Source: an uncultured delta proteobacterium
GTDB lineage: Bacteria > Myxococcota_A > Polyangia > Fen-1088
Direction: 5' to 3'
Assembly (NCBI GenBank): GCA_963767925.1
Contig: CAVYGB010000008.1
Location: forward strand, 2,752,001 to 2,816,000
DNA length: 64,000 nucleotides
Shown: piece after piece, positions 26,572 through 38,738 of the stretch
Layout of the letters: every line of letters begins with the position of its first letter
Numbering within the stretch: position 1 is the stretch's first letter
The notes under the pieces: generated by a model
Told to the model about the DNA's origin: nothing
The model's database searches: none
The model's input: the letters and a program-made list of their open reading frames with translations, nothing else
Program-made: the position numbers and the translations under genes

Positions 26572-26721
26572 GTTGGCTACGGCCCTGGATTTTAGCCGGT
26601 TTGAAACTCCGTGCTAGCGGGGTGGGAGTTTGCCCTCCCAGGTGGTCCTCCCGGGTGGGTGGGGGGCGCCGCCGCCCTCCCTATCCGCCGTCGGGCGGTC
26701 CTCTATAATCGGACCGCGCCA

Positions 26722-27586
26722 ATGGATGCCGAGGCCGTAACCACTTCGCTGGTGGTCAATGCTGACGAATTCGGCCTCTCCGAGGACGTCTCGCGAGGAA
26801 TCGTGCAGGCCCACGTCGAGGGGATCGTGAGCAGCACGTCGATCCTGGGAAATTGCCCCACCCTCGAGGCCGCCCGGGCCCTGCTGGCCCAGGCCCCCCG
26901 CCTGGGGGTCGGGGTCCAGCTCACCCTGGTCCGGGGGCGACCGGTGGCCGAGGCGGGCACCATCCGTTCGCTGCTCGAGGCCGACGGGGGGTTCCCCCGG
27001 CAGGTCCGGGACGTCTTCGCCGCCTGGCTGGCCGGACGCCTCAAGCCCGACGAGATCGAGCGCGAATTCGAGGCCCAGGTGCAGCGGACCCTGCAGGCGG
27101 GCCTGCGGCCGGACCACCTCAACACCCAGCACCACATCGGCTTCATCCCACCGGTGGGCCTGGCGGTGGAGGCGGTCGCCCGCCGGCACCGGCATCCCCG
27201 GCCTGCGCAGCGCCGTCGAGGAGCCGACCCTGAACTGGCTCACCGACCTGCCGCGGGGGGCGATGGCGGCGGTGCTGGGCGGGCTGGCCTGGCTGACCCG
27301 CCGCCGCCTGGGGGCCCTCCGCCACGGGCCCAAGACCTGGGGTTACGTCGAGAGCGGGCAGCTCGACGAGGTGCGCATCCTCGAGATCGTGGGGCGGATG
27401 GGGCCGGGCAGCCACGAGCTGATCTGCCACCCGGGCGCCGAGGACGATCAGGCCGCCGGCCTGGGGGCGTTTCCCTCGGGACGTTACCGGCGCGCACGCG
27501 AGCTGAAGGCCCTCACCTCCCCCATTATGCGACATGCGCTCGAGCAGCGGCGCATCCGCCTCTGCCGCTGGGCCGAGCTATTCTGA
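26722..27586 (+). CDS. ChbG/HpnK (YdjC) family deacetylase, frameshifted near 27190
   Basis: LVVNADEFG, PDHLNTQHH, then second frame ELICHPG..R.REL.ALT; one extra C in CACCGGC. Confidence 0.85.
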
Positions 27587-27639
27587 AGGGGCGAGTCCCC
27601 TTTCGAGCCGAGCCGGATTTGACCCATAATGAGGCGACC

Positions 27640-28359
27640 ATGTCTTCGCCCACCACGCAGGATTACTACGATCGCTTCGCGCCCAGCTACGAGGTGGCCC
27701 GCCACGACGGCTATCACCGCCTGGTGGACGAGCTCGAGCTCGAGCTGATCACCCGCTACGGCGCCGGCCGGGACATCTTCGAGGCGGGCTGTGGCACCGG
27801 CCTGCTGCTGCGCGAGGGGGCGGCGGTGGCCCGCAGCGCGGTCGGGCTGGATCTGTCGCGGGGCATGCTCAGCACCGCCCGCACCCGGGGGCTCAAGGTG
27901 GTGCAGGGCTCGCTGACCGCGGTGCCCTTGCCCGACGCCAGCTTCGACCTGGTCTACAGCATGAAGGTGCTGGCCCACGTGCCGCCCATCCGGGAGGCGG
28001 TGGCCGAGCTGACCCGCCTGTGCCGCCCGGGCGGCCATCTGCTGCTGGAGTTCTACAACCCCTGGTCGCTGCGCTACCTGGCCAAGCGGCTGGCGGGACC
28101 GGGCGCCATCGCCGCCGGCACCGACGAGAGCCACGTCTACACCCGCTTCGACACCCTGGCCCGGGCCCGGTCTTACCTGCCCGACGACCTGGAGTACGTG
28201 GGCGTGCGGGGGGTGCGGGTGGTGACCCCCGCCTCGACAGTCTACAAGATCCCCGCGCTCGGCAACCTGTTCGCCCAGGCCGAGCGCCTGGCCTGCGATC
28301 TGCCCGGGCTGCGGAATCTGGGGGGTTTTCTCATCGTGATCGCGCGCAAGCGCGGCTAG
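27640..28359 (+). CDS. Class I SAM-dependent methyltransferase
   Basis: FEAGCGTG, GLDLSRGML, SFDLVYS.KVLAHVP. Confidence 0.9.
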   Translation: MSSPTTQDYYDRFAPSYEVARHDGYHRLVDELELELITRYGAGRDIFEAGCGTGLLLREGAAVARSAVGLDLSRGMLSTARTRGLKVVQGSLTAVPLPDASFDLVYSMKVLAHVPPIREAVAELTRLCRPGGHLLLEFYNPWSLRYLAKRLAGPGAIAAGTDESHVYTRFDTLARARSYLPDDLEYVGVRGVRVVTPASTVYKIPALGNLFAQAERLACDLPGLRNLGGFLIVIARKRG

Positions 28360-28366
28360 GGGGCGT

Positions 28367-29786
28367 ATGGCGGGACTGACCGGGGACATCCTCATCGTCG
28401 ACGACGAGCGCTCCCTGCGGGAGTTTCTCGCGATCTTCCTGCGCCGGAACGGTCACCGGGTGGACGCGGCGGCCGACGCCGACGCCGCCCGCAAGGCGAT
28501 GGCCGAGCGCGAGTTCGACGTCGTGATCACCGACCTCAAGATGCCGGATGCCAGCGGCCTCGACGTGCTGGCCGAATGCAAGCGCCTGCACCCCAACACC
28601 CAGGTCATCGTGGTGACCGCCTTCGCCACCGCGGAGACGGCCATCGCCGCCATGAAGGCGGGGGCCTACGACTACCTCACCAAGCCCTTCAAGGTCGACG
28701 AGGTGGGGCTGGTGGTGGAGCGAGCCCTAGAGCGGCGGGTCCTGCAGCACCAGAACGTCGTGCTGCGCGACGAGATCAAGGGCCGCTACAAGCTCGATCG
28801 GCTGATCGGCAAGTCGCCGGCCATGCACCGCGTGTTCGAGGTGGTGCGCAAGATCGCCTCCGCCCGCACCAGCGTGCTGCTCATCGGGGAGTCGGGGACC
28901 GGCAAGGAGCTGGCCGCGCGGGCCCTGCACGAGCTGTCGGGGCGGGCCGATCACGCCTTCATCGCCGTCAACTGCGGGGCCATCCCCGAGTCGCTCATCG
29001 AGTCGGAGTTCTTCGGGCACGTCAAGGGCTCCTTCACGGGGGCCAACACCGACCGCACCGGGCTGTTCGAGGCGGCCCACGGGGGGACCATCTTCCTCGA
29101 CGAGATCGGGGAGCTGCCCTCCCCCATGCAGGTCAAGCTCCTGCGCGTCTTGCAGGAGCGGAAGGTCAAGCGGGTCGGCGGCGTGCAGGAGAAGGAGGTC
29201 GACGTGCGGGTGGTGGCCGCCACCAACCGGGACCTCGAGACCGAGGTGGAGAAGGGGACCTTCCGGCAGGACCTGTTTTACCGGCTCAACGTCATCCAGC
29301 TCCGCCTGCCTCCCCTGCGCGAGCGCCGGGAGGACATCCCCATCCTCGTCGACCACTTCGTGCGCAAGCTGGCGGCGGAGCACGGGCGGCAGATCACCGG
29401 CGTCGACCCCGACGCCATGTCGGCCCTCATGAGCCACAGCTATCCCGGGCAACGTCCGCGAGCTGGAGAACCTCATCGAGCGGGCGGTCACGCTGGCCCA
29501 GGGGGACCGCATCTCCTCGGACACCTTGCCCATCCTCAACCCGCTCTCGGCGGCCGGCGCCCGGCTGGGCCCCGTCGCCGAGCTGCCCGACGAGGGGCTC
29601 GATCTGGAGAAGGTTGTCGAGGACTTCGAGCGGGGCATCCTGATCAAGGCGCTGGAGCGGACGCGTGGCAACCGCACCGAGGCGGCCCGCCTGCTGGGCG
29701 TCACCTTCCGCTCGCTGCGCTACCGGCTGTCGAAGCTGGGGATCACGGGCGGTGAAGGGGGCGTCGAGGCCACCTCCGAGACATGA
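28367..29786 (+). CDS. Sigma-54-dependent response regulator (NtrC/PilR-like), frameshifted near 29448
   Basis: REC domain, GESGTGKE, GSFTGA, FLDEIGE; YPGNVRELEN broken by an extra G; Fis-type HTH in ORF 29526..29786. Confidence 0.9.
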
Positions 29787-29826
29787 GCGCCGCCCGCACC
29801 CCCGCGCTGCCCCCTCCCGCCAGACC

Positions 29827-30687
29827 ATGCTGGTGGTGGCGGTGGCGGCGCTGATCTTCTCGAGCTGCGTCCTGCTGGCCCGGGTGGCGCGCACCCAGGC
29901 CTCCGCCCTGCGGGCCACCTGGCCGGCCGAGGCCGACCTCATGTACCTGCCCCCCTCCAGCACGCTGCGCTGGCTGGCGCTGGGCCACACCGAGCTGGGG
30001 GCTGACCTGGTGGCGGCGCGGGCCAACGTCTATTACGGCACCCAGCTCGCCAGCAAGATCCCCACCAACTGGCTCGACCGCTACGTCCACACGGCGATCG
30101 ATCTGGACCCCCAGTTTCATCGGTTGTATGCCAGCGGAGCGGCCATGGTGCTCTACTACGGGGGCAAGATCACGCCCGACACAGTGCTGAAGGCGAACGC
30201 CATCCTCGAGCGGGGGATCGAAAACTTCCCGGCCGACTGGAACTTCTACTTCCAGCTCGGCTTCAACAAGTTCTTCGAGCTGGCCAACGCCGCCGGACCC
30301 GACGATCCCCGCTTGCCCGCCTGGCGGCAGGAGGGGGTGGAGGCGCTCCGGCTGGCCTCGAACTTCGACGGCGTGCCCTACTGGCTGCCCGGCCTGGCGG
30401 CGCGGCTGCTCACCAAACAAGGGGCCGATGAGCTGGCCGTGCGCCAGCTCGAGCAGGCCTACGCCGTCACCTCGAACGAGCGGACCCGCGAGGAGATCCG
30501 CTTCAAGCTGGAAAGGCTGCAGAACCAGCAGCTCATCCAGCGCATGGAGGAAGGGCGCCGCCAGTTCGAGGCGGACCTGCAGCAGGGCTACCCGTACGCC
30601 GACGAGGCCTTCTCGGTGCTGGTCGGGCCCCGCCGGCCCCGCTGGGTGGACATCGACCCGGCCTCGCCCGCCCCGGCAGGACCCTGA
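29827..30687 (+). CDS. TPR-like membrane-anchored protein resembling myxobacterial PilG
   Basis: N-terminal TM, ADL....A..YYG, AIDLDPQF..LY, ILERGIENFP.DW..YFQLGF; true start may be ATG 29783 with an indel in the C-run near 29810. Confidence 0.55.
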   Translation: MLVVAVAALIFSSCVLLARVARTQASALRATWPAEADLMYLPPSSTLRWLALGHTELGADLVAARANVYYGTQLASKIPTNWLDRYVHTAIDLDPQFHRLYASGAAMVLYYGGKITPDTVLKANAILERGIENFPADWNFYFQLGFNKFFELANAAGPDDPRLPAWRQEGVEALRLASNFDGVPYWLPGLAARLLTKQGADELAVRQLEQAYAVTSNERTREEIRFKLERLQNQQLIQRMEEGRRQFEADLQQGYPYADEAFSVLVGPRRPRWVDIDPASPAPAGP

Positions 30688-30688
30688 G

Positions 30689-31327
30689 GTGGCCCTCTCC
30701 TTCCAGCTCCCGGCGCCCGGCCGGCTGCGGCCCAACAACGCCCGCGACCCCCTGCCCTATTACTACCGGCCGCTGACCGGCTGGCTGTACCGGCACCGCC
30801 TGCAGATGGGGCTCGACCTGCTGCCCCCCGGGGGCCAGCGCGTGCTCGAGGTGGGGGTGGGCAGCGGCATCCTGGTGCCCACGTTGACGGCCCACTTCCC
30901 GGAATACGTTGGCAGCGATCTCGAGCTGGCGCCCGGGCTCGACGCGCTGGTCAGTCCGGGCTGCCGGGCGACCTTCCAGCGGGGCGATCTGCTGGCCGCC
31001 GAGGGCCTGCCGGCGGGGGCCTTCGACGCCGTCCTCTGCTTCTCGGTGCTCGAGCACATCGCCGACGCGGAGCGGGCAGCCGCCGGCCTGGCGCGCGCCC
31101 TGGCGCCCGGCGGGACGCTGGTGAGCGGGTACCCCATGGTCAGCCCCTTGATGACGCGCGCCTTCGCCCTCATCGGGTACCCGAACATCGACGAGGACCA
31201 CGTGAGCCCCCCGGCGCGCATCGCCGCCGCCCTGGGCCGCGTGCTGCGCCTGCGGGGCCGCGCCGCCTTCCCCCCGGGCGCCCCCACCCGGCTGGCCCTC
31301 TACCAGTGCACCGCCTGGAGCCGCTGA
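30689..31327 (+). CDS. Class I SAM-dependent methyltransferase
   Basis: VLEVGVGSG, FDAVLCFSVLEHI, LAPGG. Confidence 0.85.
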   Translation: MALSFQLPAPGRLRPNNARDPLPYYYRPLTGWLYRHRLQMGLDLLPPGGQRVLEVGVGSGILVPTLTAHFPEYVGSDLELAPGLDALVSPGCRATFQRGDLLAAEGLPAGAFDAVLCFSVLEHIADAERAAAGLARALAPGGTLVSGYPMVSPLMTRAFALIGYPNIDEDHVSPPARIAAALGRVLRLRGRAAFPPGAPTRLALYQCTAWSR

Positions 31328-31349
31328 GCGGCGCCGGGGAGCCGCGTTT

Positions 31350-32103
31350 CTAGCGGCGCTCGAGGACGGCGAGCAGGCGAAAGCCGAGGAGGCGGAAGGC
31401 CGCCGCGGGGAGGTGATCCTCGAGCCGCAGCAGGCCCCGCCAGAGCGGCAGGGGCAGCAGCGGCCGGCGGGAGAGGCCGCCCGAGGCGGGATAGGTCGGC
31501 CCGGCCAGGCAGCGCAGCTCGCGCACCACGAGCTCGGGGAAACGCCGGGCGAGCTCGTCCCGCCGGCGGTAGAGCAGCAGGGTGGGCAAGGCCTGGTTGC
31601 CGTCGAACGGGTCGTCGCTGGTGACCAGGTCGTCGCCGAGGGGCTCGGACCGCGAGATCGCACCGCTCCTCGTGAAACAGCTTGTAGACCGGGTAAGAGA
31701 GCGGGCCCACGTAGGGCTCGAGCAGCACGACCCGGCCGCCCACCCGGAGGACCCGCACCGCCTCGGCCAGGAAGCGCCCGGGGTGGCGCAGGTGGTGGAG
31801 CACGTCGAACAGCACCAGCGCGCCGAGCGCGCCGTCGGCGAAGGGCAGCGCCTCGGCGGCGATCTCGTGGTCGTGCCAGGGCGCCTTGACCACGTCGGAC
31901 AGCTCGAGCTCGGGGATGGCCTCCCGGGCGAAGCCGGGCCCCGAGCCCAGCTCGAGCCAGGGGCCGAGCTGCCGGTCGGGCAGCCGCTCCCGGATCTGGC
32001 CGTACCAGCGCCGGTACAGCGTGCGGACCGCCTCGTTGCTGCCCCACACCTGGCGGTGCTGCTCGAAGCGGGCGAGGGCCTCGTTCCTCAGCGCGGCGTC
32101 CAA
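31350..32103 (-). CDS. SAM-dependent methyltransferase, frameshifted near 31648
   Basis: LELGSGPG, LFDVLHHL, EPY; continues DPFDGNQALPTLL...YPASGG in ORF 31350..31589 after one extra C. Confidence 0.8.
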
Positions 32104-32110
32104 GCCGGCC

Positions 32111-33622
32111 TCAGACGTAGCGCAGCTTGCGGGCGGCCAGGGCGGACATCTTGAGGAGCAGCCAGCCGTGTTTCCAGCGCTGGATGTTGGTCTCGCCGTA
32201 GGTCCGGTCCCGGTAGCGGACCGGGATCTCACCCAGCTTGAGGTTGAGCTTGGCCGCTCCGAAGATGAGGTCGAAGTCGCCGAAGGGATCGAAGTCGCCG
32301 AAGTAGGACCGCCCCGCCGCCAGCCGATCGTAGTCCGCCCGCCACATGACCTTGGTCCCGCAGAGGGTGTCCCGGATGGGCTGCTGCAGGAGGTGGCTGA
32401 ACAGGCGAGAGAAGGCGACGTTGCCGATCTTGTTGAAGAATTTCATCGCCCCCTGCTCCATCGGGTAGACCAGGCGGGTCCCCTGCAGGAAGTCGGCGTG
32501 CCCGTCGATGGCCGCCTGGTAGAACATCGGCAGGTCCTCGGGCGGAACCGTCAGGTCGGCGTCGAGGATCATCAGCAGATCGCCGCGCGCCTCGGAGAAG
32601 CCGAGGCGGACCGCGTCCCCCTTGCCCCGCCCGACCTGCTTGTGGGCCGACAGCCGGAGTGGCCCCTGATAGCGGGCGATCACCTCCTGGATGCGCTCCC
32701 AGGTGCCGTCGGTGGATCCCCCCTCGACGAACAGGATCTCGGTCCAGGGGCCCATGCGGGGGGTCCGCTCGACGGCGGCGGCGATGTTGCCCGCCTCGTT
32801 GCGGGCAGGGATCACCACGCTGACGGTCGCGGTGGGGCGATCCCAGGGCGCCGGCCGATCCCGCCGGCGCAACACATAGATGCGGTAGAGCGAGAGGAGC
32901 TGGGCGCCTGGCAGCTTGGCCAGGTAGCGGTTGAGGGCGGGGGCCGCCACCGGAACGTCGAAGGGGAGCAGCAGCCGGTCGTCGTGTTTGACCACCTCGA
33001 GCTCGGTGATGTCGAACAGATTGCGAAAGTCGGTCTCCGAGAACCAGTTCGAGGTGGGGGCCGGCAGCTTCCAGCCCATCCGCTCGGCCAGGCGCGAGGG
33101 CACCTCCCACAGGTAGTTGAAGGTCGTGAGGAAGATGCGGCCGCCGGGGGTCAGGCGCTCGCGCAGCGAGAGCAGCAGCGCGCGCACGTCGAGGACGCTG
33201 TGGCCGAGCCGATCGCAGATGATGGCGTCGAAGCGGCCCAGGCCCTCGAGATCGGGGGCCTCTCCCACCTGGAAGGTGATCTCGGGGTGGCGCTGCCGGG
33301 CGGTCTCGATCACCTCGGGCAACATGTCGACGCCGGTGCGCGACGGGTTGGGCAGGGCCGCCAGCAGGTCCCCCTCGCCGCAGCCGACCTCGAGCACCGA
33401 GGCGTCGGCCGGCACCATTCGCAAGAGGGATTGCTCGAGGTCGCGCAGCAGGTAGTCGCGGGCCGAGCGATGGGGCGGCTGCTCCCGGCTGCTGCGCAGG
33501 TAATACTCCCGCCAGGCCTGGGCCAGCCCCTCTCCGGCGCGGGGGGAGGTGACCTCGCGCCCGCCGGTCCGGGGGTCACCGGCGCCGCTACCGCGCTCGA
33601 GGCTGTCGGGCTCGCGCAACAT
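32111..33622 (-). CDS. Fused methyltransferase-like / GT2 glycosyltransferase
   Basis: VLEVGCGEG N-terminal domain; VVIPARNEAGNI, GKGDAVR.GF, ILDADL (DxD), DTLCGTK, DPFGDFDL. Confidence 0.9.
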   Translation of the reverse strand: MLREPDSLERGSGAGDPRTGGREVTSPRAGEGLAQAWREYYLRSSREQPPHRSARDYLLRDLEQSLLRMVPADASVLEVGCGEGDLLAALPNPSRTGVDMLPEVIETARQRHPEITFQVGEAPDLEGLGRFDAIICDRLGHSVLDVRALLLSLRERLTPGGRIFLTTFNYLWEVPSRLAERMGWKLPAPTSNWFSETDFRNLFDITELEVVKHDDRLLLPFDVPVAAPALNRYLAKLPGAQLLSLYRIYVLRRRDRPAPWDRPTATVSVVIPARNEAGNIAAAVERTPRMGPWTEILFVEGGSTDGTWERIQEVIARYQGPLRLSAHKQVGRGKGDAVRLGFSEARGDLLMILDADLTVPPEDLPMFYQAAIDGHADFLQGTRLVYPMEQGAMKFFNKIGNVAFSRLFSHLLQQPIRDTLCGTKVMWRADYDRLAAGRSYFGDFDPFGDFDLIFGAAKLNLKLGEIPVRYRDRTYGETNIQRWKHGWLLLKMSALAARKLRYV

Positions 33623-33639
33623 GACTTGGGCGACGGCGC

Positions 33640-36360
<2,721 letters not shown>

Positions 36361-36445
36361 GCTCGTCGCCTCTTAGCCATGAAAGCCGTCGAGAGTCAGT
36401 TGGATCCGTGCTTTTGACACCTTCGGGCGAACGGGTCAACCCCGG

Positions 36446-36919
36446 TCAGGACTCGATCCAGACCTTCGTCATCTTGTCGCCGACCTGGATCTTGTCGACT
36501 ACCTCCAGGCCGGAGGTCACCTGTCCGAAGACGGTGTGCTTGCGGTCCAGGTGGGCCTGGGGCGAGTGGCAGATGAAAAACTGCGATCCGCCCGTGTCCC
36601 GCCCGGCGTGGGCCATCGAGAGCGAGCCCCGCTTGTGGACCTGTTTTTTGCCCGTGGTCTCGCACTTGATCTTGAATCCCGGCCCGCCGGTGCCGTTTCC
36701 GAGCGGACAGCCGCCCTGGACCATGAAGTTGGCGATGACCCGATGGAAGCCGAGGCCGTCGTAGAACGGCCGCTTGACCTTCTCCTGGGTCTTGGGGTCG
36801 GTCCACTCCTTGGTTCCGGTCACCAGACCGACGAAGTTCTCTACCGTCCCCGGCGCGTCGTCGTCGAACAGCTCGGCGACGATCTCCCCCTTCGCGGTCT
36901 CGAAATGCACCTTTTTCAT
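36446..36919 (-). CDS. Cyclophilin-type peptidyl-prolyl isomerase
   Basis: [50 protein letters not shown] Shine-Dalgarno. Confidence 0.95.
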   Translation of the reverse strand: MKKVHFETAKGEIVAELFDDDAPGTVENFVGLVTGTKEWTDPKTQEKVKRPFYDGLGFHRVIANFMVQGGCPLGNGTGGPGFKIKCETTGKKQVHKRGSLSMAHAGRDTGGSQFFICHSPQAHLDRKHTVFGQVTSGLEVVDKIQVGDKMTKVWIES

Positions 36920-36947
36920 CAGTCTCCTCGATTGTGACGGCGGTTCC

Positions 36948-37766
36948 TCAAAGATCATCACCCGGCCGCGATGCGCTCCGCGTCGCGGGGCGGTCGCGGT
37001 CCAGGTAGACGAGAGTCGCTCCCACCGCCGCGAAACCCGGCGCCAGGAGCGCCATCAGCGGTACCAGATAGAGCAGGCTTGCGCCGAGACAATATCCCAA
37101 GGTCTGGATAGGGTGGGAAAGCAGATATTGCCATTTGCGGGAAAACGATGAGCCGCGACGGGCCAGGGGGTAGTCGAACCCGTCGAAGGCAAGGAAGAGC
37201 CCGTAGAGGGCAGCCCCCAGGATGCCGCCCAGGCCGGTCAGGGCCCCCAGCCCGAGGGCCACCGCCAGGGCGAACAGGTAAAGCATCATCTTGAGCACGC
37301 CGTGCAGGACGGCCTGCCAGACCGAGCGCAAGACGCCGATGGAGGCGGCCTGACCCCGCTCGATCCTCTCGACCTTCTCGGTCAGCAGGTCGACGAAGGG
37401 CGCCGACAGCACCGGCTGGCCCACGATGAAAAAGAGGAGCCCGACGATGATCGCCAGGATCGGAAACAGGATCCAGGCCAGCAGCGGCGAGGCGGCGTCG
37501 AGATCGGCGCCGAACCAGCGCCGGGCCAGGGTCACGCCGCCCCAGCCCGCCCCCAGGGCGATGGTCAGGTTGATCAGGGCCGGGAGGACGAAATAGGCCC
37601 AGAGGCGGTGGCGCGCGACGAAAAGCGCACCGCGAAAGGGAGCGACGAACCCACGCACGAGCCCCAAGACGACCCCTTTCCTAACACCGTTCCTGGCGGA
37701 GTTCGTGTTTTCGACGCAACCAATTCTCCGCGCACCCGAAAAAGGAGCAGAGGAAGGTCGGCACAT
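36948..37766 (-). CDS. EI24/CysZ-like membrane protein (start uncertain)
   Basis: [22 protein letters not shown] motifs; several TM segments. Confidence 0.75.
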   Translation of the reverse strand: MCRPSSAPFSGARRIGCVENTNSARNGVRKGVVLGLVRGFVAPFRGALFVARHRLWAYFVLPALINLTIALGAGWGGVTLARRWFGADLDAASPLLAWILFPILAIIVGLLFFIVGQPVLSAPFVDLLTEKVERIERGQAASIGVLRSVWQAVLHGVLKMMLYLFALAVALGLGALTGLGGILGAALYGLFLAFDGFDYPLARRGSSFSRKWQYLLSHPIQTLGYCLGASLLYLVPLMALLAPGFAAVGATLVYLDRDRPATRSASRPGDDL

Positions 37767-37953
37767 GGGGCACCACGCGCATCGATTTTACCCCGCTCGG
37801 TCGGGGTCGAGCGCAGGGGGGGCCGAAGTGGGCCAGCAGGCGAGGTGGGAAGTGGAAGACAGGTGGGTGGCGGTGGGGATTCGACGGGCTCGCTCGCGCC
37901 GATGCGGCGCGAGGTCCAGGACGAGAGCCGGCGGTTCGCGATGACGGGCGACG

Positions 37954-37984
37954 CGCCGGGGCCGAGCCAGACTCGGCCCCGGCG
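37954..37984. repeat. Perfect 13-bp inverted repeat with 5-nt loop
   Basis: CGCCGGGGCCGAG-ccaga-CTCGGCCCCGGCG in a divergent intergenic region. Confidence 0.7.
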
Positions 37985-38034
37985 GCGGTGAACATCGGGA
38001 GCTGACGCGTGGTAGCCTGAAAAGGAGAAGCACG

Positions 38035-38409
38035 ATGAAGATCAGGGGACCAGGATCAGGGCAGCCAACCGGCGAGGCGGGCGACGCCTCGGAGGTCGAG
38101 CGCTCCGGCGGCAAGGCCTTCACCGACAAGCTGGACAAGAGCGAGTCGGTCGCCGGGACGACCAGCGCCCAGTCCAAGCCACCCGAGGCCGAGCGGGAGA
38201 AGTCCTTCGTGAGCGACATCGGCGACGCCCTCGAGTCGGGCGCCATCACGCCCGAGGCGGCGCTCGATCAGGTGGTCGGCCGGGTGCTCGACAATCAGCT
38301 CGGCGCCGACGCGCCGTCGAAGCTGCGCACCAAGGTCGAGAGCGCCATGCGCGACGCCATCGAGACCGACCCCGTCCTGGGGGCGAAGATCAAGAGCCTG
38401 TCGAGCTGA
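38035..38409 (+). CDS. Hypothetical protein
   Basis: AAGGAG Shine-Dalgarno, gene-like codon use, helical C-terminus. Confidence 0.7.
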   Translation: MKIRGPGSGQPTGEAGDASEVERSGGKAFTDKLDKSESVAGTTSAQSKPPEAEREKSFVSDIGDALESGAITPEAALDQVVGRVLDNQLGADAPSKLRTKVESAMRDAIETDPVLGAKIKSLSS

Positions 38410-38432
38410 GCGGGCGCCCGCCCGCGCCGCGA

Positions 38433-38738
38433 TCAAGCATTGCCGGTGCGGGTGGGAGGATGGATAGGATGATGGGCCCGCCGGTGGGCCAGCATCTCCT
38501 GGGCCTCGGCCGGCAGCTCGAGCGCCTCGGTGTCGAAGCGGGCCAGGGCGTCGGCCAGCATGACCGCGCGATCGGCGGGCGGGGTCTTCTTGTCGATCAT
38601 GACCCACCACTCACCGCGCACCTTGCACAGCCCTCCCCCGGTCGTGACCCCGCTGGGGGCCAGCGCCTCGTAGCGAACCTTCACGCCGAGCTCGATGGCG
38701 GCGCGTTCGAAAGCCTGGGTGAGCTGCTCCGGTTTCAT
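38433..38738 (-). CDS. Small hypothetical protein (GGLC motif)
   Basis: LGVKVRYE...GGLCKVRGE..VMIDK; ATGA overlap with the kinase stop. Confidence 0.75.
   Translation of the reverse strand: MKPEQLTQAFERAAIELGVKVRYEALAPSGVTTGGGLCKVRGEWWVMIDKKTPPADRAVMLADALARFDTEALELPAEAQEMLAHRRAHHPIHPPTRTGNA

Noticed and set aside
26611..28359. Apparent 582-aa ChbG-methyltransferase fusion in the ORF track
   Set aside because: Artefact of the ~27190 frameshift; the deacetylase ends at 27586 and the methyltransferase starts at 27640
37862..37890. GGGGATTCGACGGG resembling a tmRNA 5' end
   Set aside because: No matching T-arm or acceptor 3' end ~350 nt downstream, where a coding region lies instead
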